Source: Verrucomicrobiota bacterium (GTDB lineage Bacteria > Verrucomicrobiota > Verrucomicrobiia > Verrucomicrobiales > DEV007). From it: a DNA stretch of 27,804 nucleotides. The stretch spans positions 1-27,804 of the forward strand of contig JASFYY010000145.1 in assembly GCA_045046875.1 (NCBI GenBank), given 5' to 3'. Under the pieces are notes generated by a model, which made no database searches, was not told the origin of the DNA, and saw only the letters and a list, made by a program, of their open reading frames with translations. How positions within the stretch are numbered: the first letter of the stretch is position 1; each line of letters begins with the position of its first letter. Made by a program: the position numbers and the translations under genes. Of this stretch, positions 12,001-16,416 are shown piece after piece.

Positions 12001-14201
12001 TCAAGCACATCCACCACCACCCCTTCCCCGGTCGCCCCATTGAACAATCCCTCTGCCTCCAGCACATCCCGCATCCGGGCAACCAGAGCGCCCACCCCAG
12101 AGTAACTTTGAATCGGGATCGTCACTGTCACCGCAGCAGCTCCGTTCACAGCAATATCGAAAGTCCTTACCGTGCTGAAATCAGTCACATCAATCGCCGA
12201 ACTTGAATCAAAAACTATTCCCCCTAGTTGGTATTCTGTCCCAGCAGCTACACCGTTGCCAAAATTCACACTGTCATTGGCCAGCACCACTTCCCCATAA
12301 GCATTGATCCCGATATCCAAAACCCCGTCACCAGCTGCCTGGAATCCGATAAAAGCAAACTGCCCGGGATCAGCGGCAAAAAACTCAATTCTAGGAGAGT
12401 CTGTATCCGTCACCCGGGCCTGCACCCCCGTCGCACCCCCCACCGATGCCGCAATCAGAGCCGTATTAATATCATCAACAATATCCTGCAGACTCGTGCG
12501 GGTCAGATCCTCGTTCACAAGTATCGTCGTCCATGTCCCACCGTTGACTGAAGTAGAAAAAGCCGTTCCCCCGGTATAATCGAGAGGATCCCTGACAAAA
12601 CCACCGCTCCCGTCATCACGCCAGGTGGAAGGCGCATTCACTGAAGTCAGCACCTGCTCAGCACTCTGCAATTGAGCCAGAAAAACCTGCCTAAAAGCTT
12701 CGCCAAAAGCAAAGGCATCCCCTTCATCGAGATTCAGGAAAGGCAACTGGTCGCGAAACAGCTCACTGTTATCCAAAGCCTCCGCCCAGGCCACAGTGGA
12801 GTCCACCATGTTAAGCAAATCTTTCGGAGCAATCCGCGAAAAAGCCGAAAGAGTCGCGTCCGTATTCACCAAGGGTGCCCGGTCATCAAATAGATTGTCG
12901 TCACTGAACTGCAACTGTCCGGTCACCCCATCCAAACCGCCGATGAAGGTATCGCCGGCCGGATTGGCCACCTCCACCTGAAAAATGGCGTCCACCGTAT
13001 TGGTCTGGAAACCACCACCGATCACACTCGCCTGACCCGTAGGGGTCTGTAAATCGTAAGCTATGGTCCAATCCGGAGTCCCTGCCCCCGAAATCAATTT
13101 GAACTCCGCGAGGTCAAATTTCGAATCCGCCGTGATCAGACTCTCGCCCCCGGAAAAATCAATCAGAGTCGTCACATCGAGCAGAAACTGCGCACTCGGC
13201 CCTGCTCCACCAGCGCCATCCGATGCGTCCACCCAAGCTCCCGCTCCCGTGCCGCCTTGTTGACCTCCGAGAATGCCAATCTGAATCCCAAAGTCATCCA
13301 ACCCGCCATAAGTTGTCGTCGTATGCTGGGCGATTGAGGTGGCATCGTAATTACCAAAATCCACCCAGTAGTTGCCGTCCTTACCCAATTCGGTCAGTTT
13401 TTCCGCGGTAGTAGGCGTGGCGGGGGGCCCTCCTACCAGGGTCGTCGGGTCAAGAATCGATAAATCCGCCCCGATGGAGAAGGACACCGAACGGTTGTTG
13501 GTAATGTTGATCGAAGTTCCGTCCTCAAGTCTCAAATTAAATTCTTCCGCCGCTTCACCCAGTTTCAAATTGGCTACTGACACCGTATCCGGCAAACCGA
13601 TCACCACATCCAATTGAAGGTTAAAAGCAGTCGAATTATCCGTTATCGTACCGATCATCCCAGAACCGAACAACGAACTATCCAGAGCCGTCTGCAAGCG
13701 CAACGCCAGTCCCGCTGAATCCGGACGATCATCCATCGTCACATCAGTGTCGCCATAGTTGGACAAATAAGCATTTATGTCGAGCTGCTCACCCACTTCG
13801 TCAGCCCAATTAAAATAACGCCCCACGTCATCACCCAGCACGTCTCTAAGGGTCTGGTCCAGCAAAGGGATACCCGAGCTGTCCAAAGTATTATTCAACG
13901 AACCATCGCTATTGAGAGCCTCGCCCAACTGCCCCAAATTAGTCAGTGTAGCGATAAACTGAGTCTTGATCGCATCCTGGGCCCCGCGAGCATCAGCCAC
14001 ATCATTAGCGCTATCCGCTTCGCTTACTGAAGCATCATACAGTGCTGCATTGAGCAGTAACCTCGGCTCCAAGGGCTCCACCGTAAAACCACCACTACCA
14101 CGTCGCCCGCCACTCTGTCGACCACGGAAACCACCATTGGATTTACCTCCCATTAAGAAGCGCTTCCATCCATCACGGGTACGATTAGCTTTACGAGACA
14201 T
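1..14201 (-). CDS. Giant LEPR-XLL leader-containing secreted/surface protein (>=4733 aa, 3' end beyond the window)
   Basis: ATG at 14199-14201 (minus) directly follows an in-frame TAG. It reads MSRKANRTRDGWKRFLMGGKSNGGFRGRQSGGRRGSGGFTVEPLEPRLLLNAALYD. The same frame is still open at base 3 (...DVVIHNTSGDILIDEIFAGI). Every segment I translated by hand is open, and the ORF track lists no minus-strand ORF ending in this frame, as expected if there is no internal stop. Composition is rich in G/D/T/V/N/S. An alternative start is M17 at 14153. Confidence 0.95.
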   Translation of the reverse strand, partial: MSRKANRTRDGWKRFLMGGKSNGGFRGRQSGGRRGSGGFTVEPLEPRLLLNAALYDASVSEADSANDVADARGAQDAIKTQFIATLTNLGQLGEALNSDGSLNNTLDSSGIPLLDQTLRDVLGDDVGRYFNWADEVGEQLDINAYLSNYGDTDVTMDDRPDSAGLALRLQTALDSSLFGSGMIGTITDNSTAFNLQLDVVIGLPDTVSVANLKLGEAAEEFNLRLEDGTSINITNNRSVSFSIGADLSILDPTTLVGGPPATPTTAEKLTELGKDGNYWVDFGNYDATSIAQHTTTTYGGLDDFGIQIGILGGQQGGTGAGAWVDASDGAGGAGPSAQFLLDVTTLIDFSGGESLITADSKFDLAEFKLISGAGTPDWTIAYDLQTPTGQASVIGGGFQTNTVDAIFQVEVANPAGDTFIGGLDGVTGQLQFSDDNLFDDRAPLVNTDATLSAFSRIAPKDLLNMVDSTVAWAEALDNSELFRDQLPFLNLDEGDAFAFGEAFRQVFLAQLQSAEQVLTSVNAPSTWRDDGSGGFVRDPLDYTGGTAFSTSVNGGTWTTILVNEDLTRTSLQDIVDDINTALIAASVGGATGVQARVTDTDSPRIEFFAADPGQFAFIGFQAAGDGVLDIGINAYGEVVLANDSVNFGNGVAAGTEYQLGGIVFDSSSAIDVTDFSTVRTFDIAVNGAAAVTVTIPIQSYSGVGALVARMRDVLEAEGLFNGATGEGVVVDVLDLAGGGQGIRVYGTGEIYGLSIAGTGLSQLKLTPSLQASNYIDFSITVDGTATSYRTYLSGNRTTGLAGTSNVAMSDLADDIRYGLKNTTFSAGVLTPLLDQAAGTGIDVRGDNSGALQFFARNPGEATGKISQIAIQAISGGLGHLAFGTTPATNGLSASFALSKRFISPDFTSLQEFAAVIAAGPLAGAAQPVFDTSRLSITFPIEFDYTPTSLTGVAAVDVLLEAKYGEISQLATDSSVDVDRTTNSSFGFEVGLVPDTSVAEVLTLEVPVGVADWDGQIQADGLIRVILDDGVIHDLRVDAIDTTDNTDASDFAADVQAAINADAGLIGKVSVTAQAGADSRYSVLVFTADPAITNTRMFQVLVPERISSSIVTPNEAITNLGFVASSTNLTTVIDTVTATNLPSFSLNAGTRALFHFDLFDGNSGDFVLNASETVGNASMQDLLDDLNFAIQQSAELSTEFEGKIEAFDDSGKVGFRLNANVFPDDGSYVTEAWTFEVVANYFEPQPNAVSTELYVKEITATSAITDVRLSIISRPLEGPNPFLLSNPAVFEISINGSDYVTVTVPGGVGTPTMANLISDINAALAATPVIIGATYDLSDFLRAGTFGGGSRVAIFSLDNSDPLNSNPIVRTFRFVPDDSIPTNTATTTLGFLTEEQRIGARGGEVFLNNIALTGTASVTNQQVSAKGHFGFVAFEAGDGRLDLVAKETTSFGGRLTLVDLNTAAATNNLTSISTQVVDPTTFATLELRNLSFPVDPDTGEAFVGLAFGPGATITLKHDLTGMAGPSASKISDFANLPAPDLVYNNTLGMEMLYTVGFEDIIEGLLRTAEYISDQMRIDPDGAAAGVNAFQSKLLFVKSGLVDVFDLGYELEQYILRLESAQPASLQELKNVMAGIFQLNLADIGLSLSTTYNAGALESASIDLSLPFVQAFATSLPLFVDLAQLRNRSSDPEIVDDYLAGLSALASTGANPMEVELSILADLDLDLGIQVVRGGISREPRAVLYQTSQITTLVNLAGENFNGDLPVGNARFRLSNGMVAVNKHGEVAVDDANGTPGIYNQAMLQAGYVQPAGLTVDVATTADLGGTFTNPTLANGRLDADVSGQLVIDGVSVSIGDLVLVNHQGNVAYNGVYSVIRDGSGAGVNANWRLRRVSAANTAAELDDLFVSVTGGSTYAGRDFIQVQDPVNLGVDAVRFARFIDPATFEINLQGDQILPYLVRVATTGELIADFATIDGKPGLQSKTNQSLNSILSTLANGRQVVGIDGVPDIAVNDLILVKDQNSSSNIEFQNGIYRVKTVGNASEKWELVRVGFADTGAEFDELRVAVAEGRDNGGFRFIQDNNVPALSAGVSVNFSNSLERVYSNADGSGGFNSWAIVNPNGQGQALLPMIIVITDENGNEILITKDTSQLSDAQKADSAFVATLPDFDPVNIRVLNYDDGTGVRTGLDRFFDVTVPANTPGVPAPAVFFTDPTMPWDELPPLGRNIPPVDVLNILRDPFIMGEALDLALFNLQFAIDQALGNYIPLLGTDLPSSTVFIETWRSDFTNRVRDELRNNKLKPINAIIDSLYAILGPGGEGYLTTKSEIVIETLDAAEVATIWDPNAASNYDLTPANEEFEVVPGSAVSLQFSLDLVKTFSDLPEININRIDLSQTGTGLVIDTATVSQTISGQTVTNTPTTGGINLRRAFTLHLGFGVDLQEGFYLYNPADDPTDGVDTPLMSVDIEAVLDGDINTAGVQIFEQSTRSSTLNQLQVQVADAGDTPGPYSLGTDFLSASGFYGTFDFFLNQGSGGTNLNRTTIQDMQGRNTLGLDPALPVAGQSQIGSFQFGVLSFETDGDLDLHLFIEGGKPGTSFGGGQGIPDIQTEFTLQIRYGIGASQLNYLGVLAPDGVTSLAVASMAAYNVVLADQSNGTSNATDDQLELSAQVFRYNRQLIDGAAFDFYNIQVDVEGFLQGTIFESLLKFSDGIKPIRPLIDFLLEPLPGTEWMASPFVLGDFLGSGFTSFASTIVRLDDMVRGIGVGSSADPKPSWAKPRVRMGIGGSIWNKIKTTAGKDSRLTKERNNIEKYKNERDTAREKARQNREDDEVGRGIRFVLDGETDDRSALKRMKDSLNEKATTPNKFSKRFEKFRNDGFAKNENDGKLKAYVKKKSNEALTLNNDSAKAKKSPIFGITGGGFRLDFAKQENVVKILMGQEANLTFLELPRVEVGVAVTKSFPLPAFPPLIATVGFSISVNINLKFGWDTEGFYWSTLNLDGQPSPAFGILARFNVGVALSLGLIEAGIEAFFELQVDFNWNDVTVDKNKANAVSSFQPVDTEAYPFPPSFGDPGTPGYGKLRNSQIDYLKNLPGADLKMGNLFDVTLTGRIGLTFYVDLTIPVPFVGPITKRILEKTFAMDLFQVTFFAEKPGIQLATVSGSTLDLNTGSRAALRIFNDTRAVNEVYTLTSDGVSGSTENITVTAILNGVTYTQSFTGISLVRGSLGSGESIIDASALTRALVDLNGGSGNSTLYAGKGNSGGGKNRLTGGEGTATLFGSVNRSSILRAGQANTTIIGGTAADDIYSGQRSDVLDGGGGGDTYYFENGFGRDRLIVTGLGNTADFSGVTSDLTFDLGRLVQSAKTGLNTVFFAPDASGSNSIDSWIGGSGDDRFNTFFFAPDKTLNLEGGAGADFYAVTLGNPTKRYFADTNPGASTLLGQMDPRNIGHININDLSNDGWVLIKQTFPERISYSVNGINNGREQAVMSGINRVDLDAGNATVVWGDLATEWLDLGIGSTVTAGTIEMRSSVEAEGLTLNLKRSFSVTERLVMRNNSNLQLNIQNIDPLGDSSLFIGPAPLSQSPEGTVGIYSSDTAVFDGSYDPSSWNGNGSGYIDINLPTGSLFNVSSIATGVIEALGANGEVAIAVRDTIGFDTDPVKINATWLAAKTTTSLATLAQGINIISDRDIKITKIRDIDGLSTISGAIRLAVAPGQKIVLGRLVAGGGRDVILEADEVTLDVAGRTEWRPEVESYLQPVTVNYSYQIWEQRTVPVWFWTYYYWEQITIYSSYTYYVTAYRDVQVAYTIPPIPGGGIIDTSGDVYIRNVTDDYDIRVADVVPQANTLNVTQSVLNTITNQAKAIIIGRDEAETLNSGVVSILNYDFDTSLILKGAQINILGQDAVPGTSALTSTNFFELHAYEGAGDGGIHFNNANGSSSVVAPSIFATAFRDISVNTLLSSTPDNGLIRLIAGSGASTTGAADNTGDLNVGAVGSVQATGLNSNVILKSGAAGGAMSISGNVTADDRITLEALGGGVTVNAPARLSSSKLNFEAALSSVLRTAVDDIISGRIINGTLGGAADLTIDELDGLTLTLLETDAGTVDVTAGGAIVVDKVIGGTLPSLFDVTLDAQGGALTRVVPNPGEANVVGDALVVTALGGVTLDTAVNSLDIRALNTVGKGDVAINNVNGQASPLLINRILTNDGAIQVDTEGSMNARLVRSQTDAAANTIVLRTRDLFGGAILLDVIDAGNTGDVTIDAGGFTLGSLPSGGTVLSDSSTTGRITANNLIVNARGYPVFVDTFDLGIDLRTTVNNVSAKTFTAGNPAEANSAVGIRIDETDAIGLVELETFLGDITVTAGGTITHDSVRAPNRDIFLTSTGGSILSNDINGDTFQKIFGRELTALATGDIVMDTTVDGITADSTVAGDLTITESDSVLLRSITTNVGDIDITSGEFAAGVITKGGSIQADLVRAGAGGADDVTLTAYGTLRTAGQPVTTLLPVNGGKIHGALFTATSYGALDLITNVATLIAENFTIGNMTIVEDDAVNVQRLVSTSGSIDLTAGGTIVADYVESINDIDQTNTFDINLRATAGDILIDRIDAGGNFNDVTLTADLGSINEVNPQDAPDGFVAPDNSGIDLVADHAIINAFGSIGGLRPIEIRLNSLEAHSNNNGAIDLNEFDAIDLQLVDTADGSITVDAGGQITIGSLRSLTDDDANDVVIHNTSGDILIDEIFAGI
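3..1300 (-). repeat. Beta-helix-type repeats (~105-135 aa), at least four copies, filamentous-haemagglutinin-like
   Basis: Copies read LRTTVNNVSA..IRIDETDAIGLVELETFLGDITVTAG, MDTTVDGITA..GDLTITESDSVLLRSITTNVGDIDITSG, LITNVATLIA..GNMTIVEDDAVNVQRLVSTSGSIDLTAGG and IEIRLNSLEA..GAIDLNEFDAIDLQLVDTADGSITVDAGG. Looser beta-rich sequence extends to ~3700. Confidence 0.8.
3969..4484 (-). repeat. Degenerate RTX-like (GGxGxD) nonapeptide cluster, probable Ca2+-binding beta-roll
   Basis: LNGGSGNSTL, LTGGEGTATL, IGGTAADDI, LDGGGGGDTYYFENGFGRDRL, IGGSGDDRF and LEGGAGADFY. Confidence 0.8.
7923..8762 (-). repeat. Two tandem ~120-135 aa repeats of the VxVATT...IDGV...LVKDQ...NGIY...W-x-L-x-R type
   Basis: Copy 1 (8762-8400): VDVATTADL..IDGVSVSIGDLVLVNHQGNVAYNGVYSV..WRLRRVSAANTAAELDDLFVSVTGGSTYAGRDFIQ. 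Copy 2 (8333-7923): VRVATTGEL..IDGVPDIAVNDLILVKDQ..QNGIYRV..WELVRVGFADTGAEFDELRVAVAEGRDNGGFRFIQ. Confidence 0.85.
10140..12570 (-). repeat. About six degenerate 70-90 aa protein repeats, consensus F-x-I-x-V-N/D-G ... D-L-x-x-D-I-N-x-A-L/I (flagellin hook IN-like)
   Basis: Copies read FSTSVNGG..SLQDIVDDINTAL (~12570-12375), FDIAVNGA..GALVARMRDVL (~12165-11960), FSITVDGT..MSDLADDIRYGL (~11880-11640), IRVILDDG..ASDFAADVQAAINA (~11160-10940), FHFDLFDG..MQDLLDDLNFAI (~10760-10555) and FEISINGS..MANLISDINAAL (~10345-10140). Confidence 0.75.
14052..14081 (-). other. LEPR-XLL (planctomycete extracellular-type) N-terminal motif, VEPLEPRLLL
   Basis: Direct translation FTVEPLEPRLLLNA, preceded by an R/G-rich segment with no hydrophobic h-region. 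Confidence 0.92.
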
Positions 14202-14226
14202 CTATGGTGGTAGAAAAATTAGAGTT

Positions 14227-14261
14227 ACAGACAAACAGACAAATCAGAAATCAGAAATCAG
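14227..14261. repeat. Short tandem repeats (ACAGACAA)x2 + (AAATCAG)x3 just upstream of the giant gene
   Basis: Read directly: acagacaa acagacaa, overlapping aaatcag aaatcag aaatcag at 14241-14261. Confidence 0.85.
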
Positions 14262-14420
14262 GGGAATGTACCATTAAACTGCACTAATGCATCCATTTTT
14301 TCCCAATTCACTACGGGAAGTCAAAGGAATTTCTAACTTTATTCGATAACGCCACGAAGCCCATTAGACAGAGCCTTTCATATACGCATTCAAGTAGTTG
14401 TATTAGAAAGGGTTACAAAC

Positions 14421-16415
14421 CTACATCCTTCTCGATTCTGGCACAAAACTGAGATGCTCATCGACCCAGGTATCCATCTTGAGCACCGATTTACGTTGAC
14501 TGGCCCCCAAGCGATCTGACGCCTTTTGAGCATGACGTATACAGGACAGGGCAAGTCTTTGATAACCAACAGATTGAGCCATGGAAGCCAACTTAAGACG
14601 TTTTTTCATAAATTTCGGCAAAAATCGCGCTATCAGCTCGTCATCCACACTGAGATATGCCCTTACACTGCCCGGATCTCCCTGACGTGCCGTCCGCCCC
14701 ATCAGTTGCCGATCAATACGCCCGGAGAAATTTGGATCGACCAGGATCACATGCATGCCCCCTATTTCCAGCTCCGGACCAGCTATCTTCACATCGGTTC
14801 CACGTCCCGCCATGTTCGTGGCAATGGTCACCGCCCCCTTTTTTCCAGCTCGCGCAACAACATCGGCTTCATCCTTGTGGCGAACGGCATTGAGCACATC
14901 ACAGACCACACCCCGGTCCTTCAACATCTCCGCCAGGATTTCACTTTCTTCCACGGTCCGAGTGCCTACCAGCACCGGCCGCCCCTGCGCGTGAAGCTCT
15001 TCGATGTCATGGATGATTGCTTCCCGCTTTGAGTCACTGCTACCAAATACCGCCATCGGTTCAACATGGCGCAAACAAGGTCGGTGCGTGGGAATTTTCA
15101 CCACCGCCAATCGATACAAAGTCCAAAGCTCGCCCGCAGCTTCCCAAGCTGTTCCTGACACCCCGGAGATATGCCGGAACATTCTAAAAAAACGCTGGAA
15201 ACTCATGCTTGCCAAAGTCTCCGTAGGATCTGTCGACGTGATTCCTTCTTTCGCTTCAATCGCCTGGTGCAGGCCCTGCTTCCAGGTTCGCCCCGGCATC
15301 AGACGACCGGTGAATTCATCAATGATCTCCACCTTTCCTTCTAAAATCGTGTAGTGGGAGTCCCTATCAAAAAACTCCTCCGCCACCAGCGCTTGTCGAA
15401 CCAACTCCTCACGCCTGTCGGGACTCCTCCAAATGGGAGACAACCGATGCCGCTGACGGTCAATCTGGTATTCTCCCGATGTTCGAAACACAATTTCATT
15501 ACGCGCATGATCAATGGAAAAATCACGCCCCGCCTTTAGGGACATGGCAATCTCCCGTGCGACACGACAACATTCAGCAAAATCATCCGCCTGGTGTTTT
15601 CTACTGATTATCAAAGGAGTTACCGCCTCGTCAATGAGCACACTGTCCGCTTCATCAACTATCACCGTATGAATCCCGCGCATCACCTGCTCACTGCCCC
15701 GCTCTCCCATCTGGCTACTGAACAAGTGTCTCACCAACTGCTGGGACGGAGCCTGGTCCTCACCGACCTTCAAGCGATCTCTCAAGTAGTCAGCCAATAG
15801 CTCCTGACTGGTGGTATAGACCACCCCGCATGCGTAAGCATCACGACGCCCATCAGGCTCCATCTTACCCGTTACAAACCCAACTTCCACGCCGGCAAAT
15901 CGATAAAAATCCCGCAAACTTTCCGCATCCCGTTCAGCCAGATAATCATTCACCGTGATGACATGCACGGGATAACCGGACCATGCGAGGATCAGGCTTC
16001 CCAGCGCAATCGTTAACGTCTTCCCCTCACCGGTTGCCATCTCAGCAAACAAACCTTGCTGAATAGCCAACGCTCCCATGACCTGCTCTTCATAGGGAGT
16101 CATGCCAAGCACTCGTTCGGAGATAACCACCAGACAAGCCATCGCCTCCCTGGCTCCCCCCACATCCAGGGATCCGCGTCTCGCGTCTCCATGAAGACGA
16201 ATCACCTCCTCTCTGAGCTCCTTTTCGTCGAGCCCCTTGAAACGTTGCGCGGAAATTTTGAGCACCTTGCGCGCTTCACGCCGCAGACGCCGCTTAACAC
16301 CTGCACGCCGTCTCCAGCGCCCAATGGTCGACAATACAAGCCTATCCATCCCCTCTGGAATGGATACCGTCTTGCGTGCCGCATTGCGATAGTAGCGCTG
16401 ACTAGGTGTGATCAT
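14421..16415 (-). CDS. SecA-like DEAD-motor ATPase, short accessory paralogue (664 aa) lacking most of the C-terminal scaffold/wing region
   Basis: SecA motifs present: MATGEGKT (Walker A), VHVITVNDYLAERD, IVDEADSVLIDEAVTPLIIS, GLHQAIEAKEG, GRPVLVGT, IATNMAGRGTD and RIDRQLMGRTARQGDPG. Only about 80 aa follow the last motif, and there is no C-terminal Cys/His zinc site. Confidence 0.93.
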   Translation of the reverse strand: MITPSQRYYRNAARKTVSIPEGMDRLVLSTIGRWRRRAGVKRRLRREARKVLKISAQRFKGLDEKELREEVIRLHGDARRGSLDVGGAREAMACLVVISERVLGMTPYEEQVMGALAIQQGLFAEMATGEGKTLTIALGSLILAWSGYPVHVITVNDYLAERDAESLRDFYRFAGVEVGFVTGKMEPDGRRDAYACGVVYTTSQELLADYLRDRLKVGEDQAPSQQLVRHLFSSQMGERGSEQVMRGIHTVIVDEADSVLIDEAVTPLIISRKHQADDFAECCRVAREIAMSLKAGRDFSIDHARNEIVFRTSGEYQIDRQRHRLSPIWRSPDRREELVRQALVAEEFFDRDSHYTILEGKVEIIDEFTGRLMPGRTWKQGLHQAIEAKEGITSTDPTETLASMSFQRFFRMFRHISGVSGTAWEAAGELWTLYRLAVVKIPTHRPCLRHVEPMAVFGSSDSKREAIIHDIEELHAQGRPVLVGTRTVEESEILAEMLKDRGVVCDVLNAVRHKDEADVVARAGKKGAVTIATNMAGRGTDVKIAGPELEIGGMHVILVDPNFSGRIDRQLMGRTARQGDPGSVRAYLSVDDELIARFLPKFMKKRLKLASMAQSVGYQRLALSCIRHAQKASDRLGASQRKSVLKMDTWVDEHLSFVPESRRM

Positions 16416-16416
16416 T

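Noticed and set aside
14100..14110. RR in the giant protein leader as a Tat signal
   Set aside because: The context GGRRGSGG lacks the S/T-RR-x-F-L-K consensus and no hydrophobic region follows.
48..14277. Dozens of 60-270 aa ORFs in the track, mostly plus strand
   Set aside because: They are antisense or off-frame shadows of the giant minus-strand ORF and have no recognisable motifs.
14295..14325. Minus-strand TTGACT as a sigma70 -35 for the giant gene
   Set aside because: The sequence 17 bp downstream is AAAAAAT, not a TANNNT -10. The nearby TTCCC/GGGAA stem is short and matches no riboswitch I recognise.
14421..16415. Calling this the housekeeping secA
   Set aside because: It is too short, lacks the wing/scaffold region, has diverged motifs and is coupled to M50-HlyD, so the gene symbol was withheld.
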